From contig CBDATG010000002.1 in assembly GCA_965200145.1 (NCBI GenBank), forward strand, positions 891,461 through 955,460: a stretch of DNA of 64,000 bases, written 5' to 3'. Each line of letters begins with the position of its first letter. The stretch's first letter is position 1. A program made the position numbers and the translations under genes. Source of the DNA: Dehalococcoidia bacterium. GTDB taxonomy: Bacteria > Chloroflexota > Dehalococcoidia > Lucifugimonadales > Lucifugimonadaceae. Under the pieces are notes generated by a model. The model was not told the DNA's origin and did not search any database. It worked only from the letters and a program-made list of their open reading frames with translations. Shown piece after piece: positions 24,996 to 33,929 of the stretch.

Positions 24996-27047
24996 ATGCT
25001 GACCTTCAAACACAAGGCACGGGGTGCGATAATCGCCATGGCCATTGCCGTGACGGCATTCACCGTCGTCGCATGCACTGGCGGCGAGACGATTGTCACC
25101 GTCGAAGTCCCCGTTACCACCGCGCCAGAAGTCGTGGTGCAGACAGTCGTCGTTGAGAAACCCGTTGAGGTGGCCGGCGAGACCGTCGTACAAACCGTCG
25201 TCGTCGAACGAGCCGTCGAAGTGCCGGGCGAAACCGTCGTCCAGACCGTTGTCGTCGAGAGAGAGGTCGACCGCGAGGTTCAGGTACAGGTCGAAGTAAC
25301 TAGACAAGTCGAAGTAACTAGAACCGTTCTCGAAGTCGCAACCGCAACGCCAGTGCCAACCGCAACCCCGTTGCCTATCGCTCCCGTTCAACCCGCTCCA
25401 CCACCGAAGAACGCATACGGCACCGTGAGTGTCGCAGTCTTCAACATCGGACCTGGCGTCGGTCTCGGCAGCGCACAGGCGCCTGTCGAGGCAATGCAGT
25501 ACTGGGGTGTCGGAGAAGGACTGTTCGCAGTCGATGACGATGGACGAACCATCGGCAAACTCGCAACGGAATGGAGCCTTCAGCCAGACTTCTCCTATGC
25601 AGACGTTACGTTGCGGGAGGATGTGGTATTCCACCAGAACTTCGGACCATTCTCGGCAGACGACGTCGTATTCACAATGAACGACGCCAACGCCGCCGTC
25701 AACAACACCAGCATCCACGGACAAGCCGGCGACTTTGCAGCCATCTTCGCCGAGACTGAGAAGATTGACGACAACACCGTCCGATTCAACTTCCAAGAGG
25801 GCGGATTCGACCCGCGATGGAACGGAAACTTCCTCAACGAACAGGCGCAAGGTACCGCTTTCTTCTCCAGCAAAGCTCTGGCAGACAATGGCGAGGCGTT
25901 CCTGAGAGACAACATAATCTCAACAGGACCCTTTGAGGTCAGCGAGTGGGTCCAGGACGACAGAGCCGTACTCACCGCCGTTACCTACGACCACTGGTTC
26001 GCAGACCCAGAGATACAGGAACTGCGATTCATCGAAATCCCAGAACCTTCAACTCGCGTCGCAAACCTCCGCACAGGTGATGTAGACATCGCAGAAGCAG
26101 TCCCACTAAAGGACATCCGACCACTCGTCACCTCTGGATTCACCGCCGAGAGCATCGCACGATCAGGACGTGTGCACCAGATCATCTTCTCAGGTAACTA
26201 CCTAGAGGCAAATCACGCTCGTACCGGTGAGCCTATCGACCGAACAGGATCCGGTTACTGCGTACACGACCTGCCTTGGGTAACATGCAACATCGAAGGA
26301 AAGCAGCCTGGTGATGCCGAAGAAGCGCGAGATGTCCGATGGGCACTGGCAAAGGCAATCGACCGCGAACTGATCGTAGAAACGATCCTCGACGGCTTCG
26401 GCACAGACGCATCGATTGAATACGTTGACACGACCGCGTCTTACTTCGAACCGCGCTGGAGAATCCCGTACAACCCGCAAGAAGCCATGGAGCACATGTC
26501 CAGGACCGCATGGCCAACCGCTAAGTTCCCAATCGGGATTTGGACCGGCGGCGAACTCGGCGGGTCAAGCGGCACTAACGCCGAGATCAACGATGCCGTC
26601 GCGGGTATGTGGAAAGCCATCTGGCCAGACCTGGATGTTCAGGTCTTCAAGTCCGCATACTCCATCATCCGACCAAGCCTCGTCGGACGAACAAACACCA
26701 TACCGTATGGCGGTGACTGCGACGAAGGCTCCACCGCAATACCGTTCGACTGGCCTCACGGACTGACCGAGACAACCTTCACCAGAGGCGGTTTCGGTTG
26801 CGGTCTCGAGATACCCAGGATCGCAGAAACTTTCAAAGCCGTGTCCATTGAAGGCGACCCGGCCGAACGTGTGCGACTGAACTCCGAAATGATCGACTAC
26901 CTGTACGACGAGATGTTCTTCGCAGGAACTGTCCAGGTGCCGGTCTTCACGGTGTACAACCCACAGGCAATCGCAGAATGGAAGGGAACCTCCTCTGCAT
27001 TCGCAGCCTCTAACGAATACGAGAAGATAAAACTCGTATCCCGGTAG
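24996..27047 (+). CDS. ABC transporter substrate-binding lipoprotein, family 5 (Opp/Dpp/Nik type), module 1
   Basis: Lipoprotein signal MLTFKHKARGAIIAMAIAVTAFTVVAC, a V/E/T-rich repeat tether, then a family-5 SBP body. I prefer the second ATG (24996) because GGAGAG ends 6 nt upstream. The track start is 24990. Confidence 0.85.
   Translation: MLTFKHKARGAIIAMAIAVTAFTVVACTGGETIVTVEVPVTTAPEVVVQTVVVEKPVEVAGETVVQTVVVERAVEVPGETVVQTVVVEREVDREVQVQVEVTRQVEVTRTVLEVATATPVPTATPLPIAPVQPAPPPKNAYGTVSVAVFNIGPGVGLGSAQAPVEAMQYWGVGEGLFAVDDDGRTIGKLATEWSLQPDFSYADVTLREDVVFHQNFGPFSADDVVFTMNDANAAVNNTSIHGQAGDFAAIFAETEKIDDNTVRFNFQEGGFDPRWNGNFLNEQAQGTAFFSSKALADNGEAFLRDNIISTGPFEVSEWVQDDRAVLTAVTYDHWFADPEIQELRFIEIPEPSTRVANLRTGDVDIAEAVPLKDIRPLVTSGFTAESIARSGRVHQIIFSGNYLEANHARTGEPIDRTGSGYCVHDLPWVTCNIEGKQPGDAEEARDVRWALAKAIDRELIVETILDGFGTDASIEYVDTTASYFEPRWRIPYNPQEAMEHMSRTAWPTAKFPIGIWTGGELGGSSGTNAEINDAVAGMWKAIWPDLDVQVFKSAYSIIRPSLVGRTNTIPYGGDCDEGSTAIPFDWPHGLTETTFTRGGFGCGLEIPRIAETFKAVSIEGDPAERVRLNSEMIDYLYDEMFFAGTVQVPVFTVYNPQAIAEWKGTSSAFAASNEYEKIKLVSR
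25080..25345 (+). repeat. Coding tandem repeats (V/E/T-rich tether of the binding protein)
   Basis: Repeated peptide units (ETVVQTVVVE(R/K)xVEVxG x3, QVEVTR x2). These include an 18-bp exact tandem at 25287-25304 / 25305-25322. Confidence 0.85.
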
Positions 27048-27067
27048 AAAGCGATAAAGAACCGTCA

Positions 27068-27125
27068 GGGACCAGGAGCCGGACACAACGCTGAAACCAA
27101 GCGTCGTGACCCAACTCCCGGTCCC
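27068..27125 (+). other. Long intercistronic stem-loop between the binding-protein and permease genes
   Basis: GGGACCAGGAG (27068-27078) pairs with CTCCCGGTCCC (27115-27125), giving 10 bp with one A.C mismatch. The loop contains a further ACGC/GCGT stem. No U-tract follows. Confidence 0.4.
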
Positions 27126-27265
27126 TACGGAACCTCAACAAAGCCAACCACTGATCGGAACGCGATCAACTCACCACCGCGCCGCGACCATCCCGTTGCG
27201 CCGCAACAATTTACCGCCAATCCGCTCGCTTACAACTACCGCGTCTAACTCCGAACACGCACCCG

Positions 27266-28216
27266 ATGAGGAAGTTCCTCTTACAGCGATTGGCTTTCGG
27301 CCTGTTATCACTCGTCGCAGCCACCCTCATCGTTTTCATTCTCTCACGAGCACAAGGCGACCCCCTACTCCTGTACGCAAAACCAGGAGGATACGGCGTC
27401 AGCCCAGAGCAAATCGCCGCACTATCCGCCAAACTCGGGCTAGACCGACCGTTAATCGTTCAATATTTCCTCTGGCTAGGCGATGTCCTTCAGGGAGACT
27501 TCGGCAAAACTCTCCTAGCTGAGCAAGACGTGCGCATGGTCGTCTTCCAGAAACTCGGCGCAACCGTCCAACTCGGAGTGGCAGCCTTCGTCTTGGCAAC
27601 CATTATCGGCATCCCTCTAGGTGTACTGTCCGCCGTCAAACGCGCAACATTCTGGGACTACATTGGGCGCGGATTCGCGCTATTAGGGCAAGCCACGCCA
27701 GCTTTCTTCACCGGCATATTGGGCATCCTCATCTTCGCCGTATACCTAGGCTGGTTACCGCCCAGCGGAAGACCTGTCCACCAACCGTTCTTTCCCGATC
27801 AAGTGGTCGCGATGATCATGCCCATGGTCACCCTAGGTTGGCTACCCGCCGCTACGTACCTCCGGCTCACACGATCATCAGTACTCGAAACTCTGGACTC
27901 CGAGTTCGTCAAACTCGCACGCGCAAAGGGTGTCGACGCAAACCGCGTCATCTGGAAACACGCCTTCCGTAACGCCCTGATACCGCCGCTAACAGTCTCA
28001 GCGCTCATACTCATCGGATTCCTGGAAGGCTCCGTAATCGTGGAGTCCGTGTTCGCATGGCCAGGTGTCGGACGACTCGCAGTCGACTCGATCCACAACA
28101 ACGACTTCCCGTTGTTGACCGGCGTCATATTCATGTTCGCAATACTCTACGTCGTCGGCAGCTTCCTAGCCGATGTCATGTACATGGTCGTAGACCCGCG
28201 CATCAGATACGACTGA
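27266..28216 (+). CDS. ABC transporter permease (DppB/OppB-like), module 1
   Basis: MRKFLLQRLAFGLLSLVAATLIVFIL N-terminus and the conserved loop FVKLARAKGVDANRVIWKHAFRNALIP. Confidence 0.88.
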   Translation: MRKFLLQRLAFGLLSLVAATLIVFILSRAQGDPLLLYAKPGGYGVSPEQIAALSAKLGLDRPLIVQYFLWLGDVLQGDFGKTLLAEQDVRMVVFQKLGATVQLGVAAFVLATIIGIPLGVLSAVKRATFWDYIGRGFALLGQATPAFFTGILGILIFAVYLGWLPPSGRPVHQPFFPDQVVAMIMPMVTLGWLPAATYLRLTRSSVLETLDSEFVKLARAKGVDANRVIWKHAFRNALIPPLTVSALILIGFLEGSVIVESVFAWPGVGRLAVDSIHNNDFPLLTGVIFMFAILYVVGSFLADVMYMVVDPRIRYD

Positions 28217-28228
28217 TCTCGGAAACCA

Positions 28229-29179
28229 ATGGCAACCGAATTAGCACCAACGACAGCGTCAACCTCGGACGTCATGTCCGCACAGGTAAGAACCGTGCAG
28301 GACGACTTCCGCGGACGATTCTTCCACGTTCTACGCCGTTGGCCACTACTGCCCATTGCCATAGTCGTCGTCTTGGTAGGAATGACAATTCTCGCCCCCT
28401 GGGTCGCACCGTTCGGTGAGGAAGAGATCAACCTCCGCGGCAGAGGCGCACCGCCTTTCTGGTACACCGAATGGTACGCAGAGAACCCCAAACTTGAAGC
28501 GCGATACATACTCGGCGCAGACCATCTCGGCCGAGACGTACTCACCCGCATCATGTACGGCGGACGAGTTTCACTTACAGTCGCAGCGATCTCGCTGGTG
28601 ATCGGCATCTCCATCGGATCAGCCCTCGGACTCGTCAGCGGTTACTTCGGCGGACTCTTCGACGAAATTATGATGCGACTCGTAGACGTATGGAACGCCC
28701 TGCCATTCCTGCTCATCGCCATACTCGCCGCCATCACCGTCGGACAGAGCGTCCCATTACTACTCGCGCTCCTATCACTCGCAAGCTGGGCAGGTAGCGT
28801 ACGCAATGTCAGAGCCGAGACACTGACACTCAAGACCAGAGAGTACGTCTCAGCGTCCAAAGTTGCAGGAGGCTCAAACCTCCGAATCATGGTCCGACAC
28901 ATAACGCCGAACGTCGTCAACACCATCGTCGTGCTGGCAACATTGCGTGTCGGCGGACTGATACTCACTGAAGCCTCTCTCTCATACCTCGGCGCAGGAG
29001 TGCCTTCCAACATACCAACGTGGGGAAACATGGTCTCAGATGGGCAGGGATATCTGAACTCCGGAGAGTGGTGGATATCCGTGTTTCCAGGTACGGCCAT
29101 CCTTCTAGTCGTTATGTCCGTCAACTTCATCGGCGACTGGTTGCGTGACAGATTCGACCCCAGACTGCGACAACTATAG
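28229..29179 (+). CDS. ABC transporter permease (DppC/OppC-like), module 1
   Basis: The HLGRDVLTRIMYG motif and YVSASKVAGGSNLRIMVRHITPN loop are typical of OppC/DppC. Confidence 0.88.
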   Translation: MATELAPTTASTSDVMSAQVRTVQDDFRGRFFHVLRRWPLLPIAIVVVLVGMTILAPWVAPFGEEEINLRGRGAPPFWYTEWYAENPKLEARYILGADHLGRDVLTRIMYGGRVSLTVAAISLVIGISIGSALGLVSGYFGGLFDEIMMRLVDVWNALPFLLIAILAAITVGQSVPLLLALLSLASWAGSVRNVRAETLTLKTREYVSASKVAGGSNLRIMVRHITPNVVNTIVVLATLRVGGLILTEASLSYLGAGVPSNIPTWGNMVSDGQGYLNSGEWWISVFPGTAILLVVMSVNFIGDWLRDRFDPRLRQL

Positions 29180-29371
29180 GCAACCTTGCCGACAAGCACC
29201 CACCGAATTGCCGTCCAAGGCTCAGCGTCCATTACGAACCGCGAAACAACCTAACCATTATCGGTTGTATACTGCGTTCAAGATTCGCACTCGCACCTCG
29301 TCCAATGCCGTAGTCCATCCCTTTCAATCTTCCCTCTTAGCCAGTCATTCAAACCACCATCACCCGACACC

Positions 29372-30463
29372 GTGACGACCCAAATCCAAGAAACCACTAC
29401 CCCCGGCGCGTCGATGTCTCCTGCTGGCGCGCGTAGCGGCGATGCTGTCTTAAGCGTTGAAGACCTGCATGTCTACTACGAAACCGCCGCCGGCATGGTT
29501 AAGGCAGTCTCCGGTGTGTCGTTCGAACTCCGACGCGGCGAAAGACTCGCCCTCGTCGGAGAATCTGGATCAGGTAAGAGCACCATGGCCACCGCCCTGA
29601 TGCGGATGACTCGACCGCCGGGAAGAATCGTCGCAGGAAAGATATCACTCGCCGGACGCGACGTGCTGCAACTCAACGAAGACGAAATGCGCGCCGCTAG
29701 ACTAGCCGAAATCGCTCTAGTACCCCAAGGCGCTATGAACTCGCTCAGCCCAGTCACCAAAGTCGGAAAACAGATCACAGACGGAATCATTGACCACGTG
29801 AACGACCAACACCCGAGCTCCAACAGTGCGCGGACAAATGGCAACATCACAAAACGACCGTCTCGGACATGGCTACGCGAGCGCGTGTCAGAACTGCTCA
29901 CAAACGTCGGACTGTCCCCAAGTGTTGCCAACATGTTCCCTCACGAACTGAGCGGCGGTATGAAACAGCGCGCCGTCCTCGCCATCGCAACGTGTCTATC
30001 CCCGAAGGTCATAATCGCTGACGAACCTACATCGGCACTGGATGTCGTCGTCCAACGCCAAATCATGCAGACACTCGGAAAAGTCCAATCCGGACTCGAC
30101 GCAGCCGTGATACTCGTCGGACACGACATGGGACTCGTCGCACAGTTCGCAGACACCATCGGAGTCATGTACGCTGGAAAACTTGTCGAACTCGGTCCAG
30201 TCGGACACGTCTTCGAAAACCCGCAACATCCTTACACTCAACTACTGATCGAAAGCTTACCAACCTTCAGCGAAAAGAGAGACTTCATAGGCATCCCAGG
30301 TATGCCGCCCAGACTCATCAACCTACCCACTGGATGCGCCTTCTACCCACGATGCCCGCAACGGATGGAAGTGTGCTCCAACACGGACCCGTTCGACACG
30401 CAGATCGCGCGAGATTGGCGTACCGCATGCCACTTACACGTAGAGGATGCCGGAAATGGCTGA
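29372..30463 (+). CDS. ABC transporter ATP-binding protein (DppD/OppD-like), module 1
   Basis: Walker A GESGSGKSTMA, signature LSGGMKQR, Walker B IIADEPTSALD, and a C-terminal oligopeptide-ATPase Cys motif (GCAFYPRCP). GTG start; an alternative ATG lies at 29414. Confidence 0.88.
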   Translation: MTTQIQETTTPGASMSPAGARSGDAVLSVEDLHVYYETAAGMVKAVSGVSFELRRGERLALVGESGSGKSTMATALMRMTRPPGRIVAGKISLAGRDVLQLNEDEMRAARLAEIALVPQGAMNSLSPVTKVGKQITDGIIDHVNDQHPSSNSARTNGNITKRPSRTWLRERVSELLTNVGLSPSVANMFPHELSGGMKQRAVLAIATCLSPKVIIADEPTSALDVVVQRQIMQTLGKVQSGLDAAVILVGHDMGLVAQFADTIGVMYAGKLVELGPVGHVFENPQHPYTQLLIESLPTFSEKRDFIGIPGMPPRLINLPTGCAFYPRCPQRMEVCSNTDPFDTQIARDWRTACHLHVEDAGNG

Positions 30464-31511
30464 CCTACTGCAACTGCAACATGTCAGCAAGGAGTTCGGC
30501 GGCGGCATCTTCAGCCGCTCCAATATCACGCTCGCGCTTGACAACGTAACGTTCGGCATTCCTGGCGACCGTCCAACTATCACCGCCGTCGCAGGCGAGA
30601 GCGGCAGCGGCAAAACAACACTCGCACGACTGATGCTCGGCGTATTGGAACCCACCAGCGGCAGCGTCCTGTATCAGGGAATCGACATCCGCAGAATGTC
30701 CCGCGCAGATAGGATGCAGTACCGACGCGAAGTTCAACCCATATTCCAAGACCCGTTCGAGGCGTATAACCCCTTCTACACGATCGACCATGTCCTGCAC
30801 CGCCCTATCCGAAACTTCCACGTTGCCGACGACCGGTCAACGCGTCAGGAGCGAATCGAAGAGGCTTTGCGCATGGTCGGGCTCCAACCCGAAGAGACAC
30901 TAGGAAGGTACCCGCATCAGCTCTCAGGCGGCCAACGCCAAAGGGTGATGGTCGCCCGAGCATTGATACTCCGACCAAGAGTCATCCTCGCCGATGAGCC
31001 AGTCTCGATGGTCGACGCATCATTGCGCGCCACAATACTGCGATCCATCAGAGACCTCAACCGAATGCACGGCATTACCGTCGTCTACATCACTCACGAC
31101 CTCACCACCGCATACCAAATGTGTGACAACATCGTCGTGATGTACCGCGGCGCAGTTGTAGAAGCCGGCTCCGTCGATGAAGTCATCAAGAACCCTAAAC
31201 ATCCTTATACACAACTACTGATCGACTCCGTGCCGCAACCGGACCCGAAGACGACTTGGGGCGACGACGAGGTGCACTCCGAGCGTATCGACGAAGGCGG
31301 GATGCACTCCGAATCGTGTAACTTCGCAGACCGATGCCCAATGGCAATGCCACAATGCTCAGAATCGGCACCGCCCCTCTACAAACTCAGCACTCACCAA
31401 CTGGCCCGTTGCTTCCTGCACGACGAACACGATGCCGACCCGGACCCAGACATCGGGAACTCTTTCAGCTACAGAAACACCGCACAACAACCAGAAACCG
31501 TCGCAACATAG
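30447..31511 (+). CDS. ABC transporter ATP-binding protein (DppF/OppF-like), module 1
   Basis: Walker A GESGSGKTTLAR, LSGGQRQR, ILADEPVSMVD. It overlaps the upstream ATPase gene by 17 nt. Confidence 0.88.
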   Translation: MPEMADLLQLQHVSKEFGGGIFSRSNITLALDNVTFGIPGDRPTITAVAGESGSGKTTLARLMLGVLEPTSGSVLYQGIDIRRMSRADRMQYRREVQPIFQDPFEAYNPFYTIDHVLHRPIRNFHVADDRSTRQERIEEALRMVGLQPEETLGRYPHQLSGGQRQRVMVARALILRPRVILADEPVSMVDASLRATILRSIRDLNRMHGITVVYITHDLTTAYQMCDNIVVMYRGAVVEAGSVDEVIKNPKHPYTQLLIDSVPQPDPKTTWGDDEVHSERIDEGGMHSESCNFADRCPMAMPQCSESAPPLYKLSTHQLARCFLHDEHDADPDPDIGNSFSYRNTAQQPETVAT

Positions 31512-31567
31512 ACGGTCCGACGCACCGACAGACAGACTTCCGCCGCGCACAGCACGAACGCCGAGTT

Positions 31568-33817
31568 TCACTCTCGAGGCTCGGTGACTTCCAACCTCTG
31601 ATTGGCCTCTAACCCAGTGAGCATCTGGATAACACCGCTAGGCCAACGTATCTCGATCTCATCGACCCGCTCCGACTCCCCGAGCCCGAAGTGTAAGTCG
31701 AGGCAGTTCATTCCCAAGAACGTCGAACCGCCGCCAACATCCTGTATCTGCCTGTTTGACACACCGTCACCATCGGTGTCTGCTGCCAAACGCACGCGCG
31801 CACCGACCGCATCCGCATTGCTCCCTGTGCCGTCAACCGCCTGTCTGCCGATCAACCTCAACGTCAACCAGTTGCGCTCGTTCGCATTGTTGATCCAGAG
31901 AAACAACGGACCACGAAAGAAATCAATCGTCGTCGGAGAAAGATAGACAGGACCATTACTGTTGGTGCCTAGCAGGTCCACCGCACCATCACCGTTAACA
32001 TCACACTTCGCAACGCCCTTCCCGTTCTCGTGAAACTCGTTCGACATGCGCTGACGGGCAGCATCGAATTGAGAGTCGGTCGGATCAACGATATCGTAAT
32101 TCACACCCTGGATATCAAGCAACCTTGACTCCACCGTGATGTCTTCAAAACCACCTGTACCGTCGCCACGCAACATGCGACCACTGCCCTTGTACTTCTG
32201 ACCGTTCGGACCCTCTCCACGACCGCCCATCGCTCCAAGCCAGTACAAGTCTTGATCACCATCATTCTCGTAATCAAAGAATACCGTCCCAAACCCGAAG
32301 TCATACGCCGCTAAACCCGTAGGCTGCTCCCCCCAATCAGGAAGTATCAAATCCGCATCCAACGACTCTGGAGGTAGAGCGCGAGAAGGAACCACGTCAG
32401 TAGATGGCGCAACGTCCACGAAATCACCGATCGTGCCAACTTCCGGATGCAACCTAACGCCATCGTTTCGCAATAAATAGTGGTAGCACGTACCCCAACC
32501 GTACTTGTGGCTATAAGCGCAATCCCCTGACGGGACCGGCGGAACCTCATGCAATAGAAAGTGGTAGCCAATGTTCGTGACGAAGATGTCAAGGTCGTCA
32601 TCAAGGTCGTAATCACCCGTCGCAAACCCCATCCACGCGCCAACAGCGTCTACACCCATCTCGCCGCCTATCGAGGTGAAGCTTATCCCAGACGCGTCGC
32701 TGTCATTCCGATAAGCCTTCAACACATCACCATCATCCGCGAGCCAGAGATCCAGATCACCATCGTCATCATGATCAAAGAACATCGACGCAAGAGTCTG
32801 ACCCGTAGGATCGCCAACCCGATTTCCCAACGCGTCTCGGAGCGATGCATCATATCCCGCCACTTGACCACCGAGGTCGGGATGATCGTATAGCACAGGG
32901 CGACCATCCGGATGCAACATCTTGATCGGCGGACCAATGAGCCCAGCGGACTCCGTGATATCCGTAAACCGCATCCCTCCATCGTTCCGGTACAGCACGT
33001 TGTAGTGACCATGGTGCCTCGGATCGTCAAACCTGATGAAGTCCTGGTCCAACCTGTTCCCAACGAAAACATCTAAATCACCGTCGTTATCCACATCCGC
33101 ACAAGCGATCGTGATCGCCGAGCGCAAATTGACCGCGTCTCCGAACGCTGAGTCAGTAACATCCTCAAACCTCGAGCCTTCAACATTGCGAAGCAACCGG
33201 TCCTTGATCGCATTCGTCAACCTGTCATCCCCAGCAGCGGACCGATAATCCAGCTCATCCCCGATCAAACCATATCCCGCAACGTATAGGTCCTGAAACC
33301 CATCGTTGTCGAAATCGCACGCCGACGCGGCCGATGAATTAGACAAGGTCAAGTCAGCATTCAATTCGGTCCCAACATCCGTGAACACCGCTTCGCCATC
33401 ATTGCGGAACAGCAAATTGGGACCACCGGGAGCCTCGGGCAACTCCGAATCTCCGTTCGACTGTGTGATGTAAATATCCATGTCGCCATCGCGGTCGAAG
33501 TCGAAGAACACGGACCCTGGATGCCAGTTGTTGACGAACGCATTCTTGCCGAACGCGTCACGAGCAATGTTCGTGAAAGGCGCTACCGGCTCCATCCCAG
33601 GCACCGACACCGGGTCAGGTGCAGGACGGGGCGTTGGCGCAACAGCGTCTACAACCGGCGCGACTGTAGGAAACGCCGTGGGCACCGCAGTGGGAGTCGG
33701 CTCCGGAGATTGGCAGGCAATGAGTACCAGAACCGCAAACGACAACGCGACCAACACGGTACGCCGGCCAGCACCATACCAAACCCGGCCCACAGAGTTT
33801 CCGAATGACCTAGACAC
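31568..33817 (-). CDS. CRTAC1-family lipoprotein (FG-GAP/VCBS beta-propeller repeats plus ASPIC/UnbV C-terminal domain), paralog A
   Basis: Lipobox VLIAC. Repeated Ca-binding DxDxDGxxD loops (FDFDRDGDMDIYI, CDFDNDGFQDLYV, ADVDNDGDLDVFV, FDHDDDGDLDLWL, FDYENDGDQDLYW, CDVNGDGAVDLLG). The C-terminus NADAVGARVRL...GGGSTFLGMNCLDLHFGLG...IEIRWPSG is ASPIC/UnbV-like. Confidence 0.85.
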   Translation of the reverse strand: MSRSFGNSVGRVWYGAGRRTVLVALSFAVLVLIACQSPEPTPTAVPTAFPTVAPVVDAVAPTPRPAPDPVSVPGMEPVAPFTNIARDAFGKNAFVNNWHPGSVFFDFDRDGDMDIYITQSNGDSELPEAPGGPNLLFRNDGEAVFTDVGTELNADLTLSNSSAASACDFDNDGFQDLYVAGYGLIGDELDYRSAAGDDRLTNAIKDRLLRNVEGSRFEDVTDSAFGDAVNLRSAITIACADVDNDGDLDVFVGNRLDQDFIRFDDPRHHGHYNVLYRNDGGMRFTDITESAGLIGPPIKMLHPDGRPVLYDHPDLGGQVAGYDASLRDALGNRVGDPTGQTLASMFFDHDDDGDLDLWLADDGDVLKAYRNDSDASGISFTSIGGEMGVDAVGAWMGFATGDYDLDDDLDIFVTNIGYHFLLHEVPPVPSGDCAYSHKYGWGTCYHYLLRNDGVRLHPEVGTIGDFVDVAPSTDVVPSRALPPESLDADLILPDWGEQPTGLAAYDFGFGTVFFDYENDGDQDLYWLGAMGGRGEGPNGQKYKGSGRMLRGDGTGGFEDITVESRLLDIQGVNYDIVDPTDSQFDAARQRMSNEFHENGKGVAKCDVNGDGAVDLLGTNSNGPVYLSPTTIDFFRGPLFLWINNANERNWLTLRLIGRQAVDGTGSNADAVGARVRLAADTDGDGVSNRQIQDVGGGSTFLGMNCLDLHFGLGESERVDEIEIRWPSGVIQMLTGLEANQRLEVTEPRE

Positions 33818-33929
33818 AAACCCTCACATAAACGAAGCGGGCATCGATCAATACGACCGATGCCCGCCAATTCATCGTTGCAAACAGGCGCGGGACCCGT
33901 CAGCGCGAGTCCCGCACATTCGCTAACTG

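Noticed and set aside
25130-25330. Short direct repeats that at first glance resemble a CRISPR-like or minisatellite array. The same applies to 35612-35744 and 48114-48342.
   Set aside because: The repeats are in frame inside SBP genes and have no unique spacers of constant length. They encode the V/E/T-rich tether peptides, and no cas genes are present. They are coding tandem repeats.
24966-25850. 294-aa minus-strand ORF antisense to the module 1 binding-protein gene. Similar long antisense ORFs include 13557..14393 (278 aa, Arg-rich), 9220..9696, 38213..38779, 38834..39487, 47656..48375 and 2065..2640.
   Set aside because: Each lies entirely inside a well-supported gene on the opposite strand or in another frame. 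Their composition is low-complexity and Arg/His/Pro-rich, typical of shadow ORFs in GC-biased DNA, and none carries a recognisable motif.
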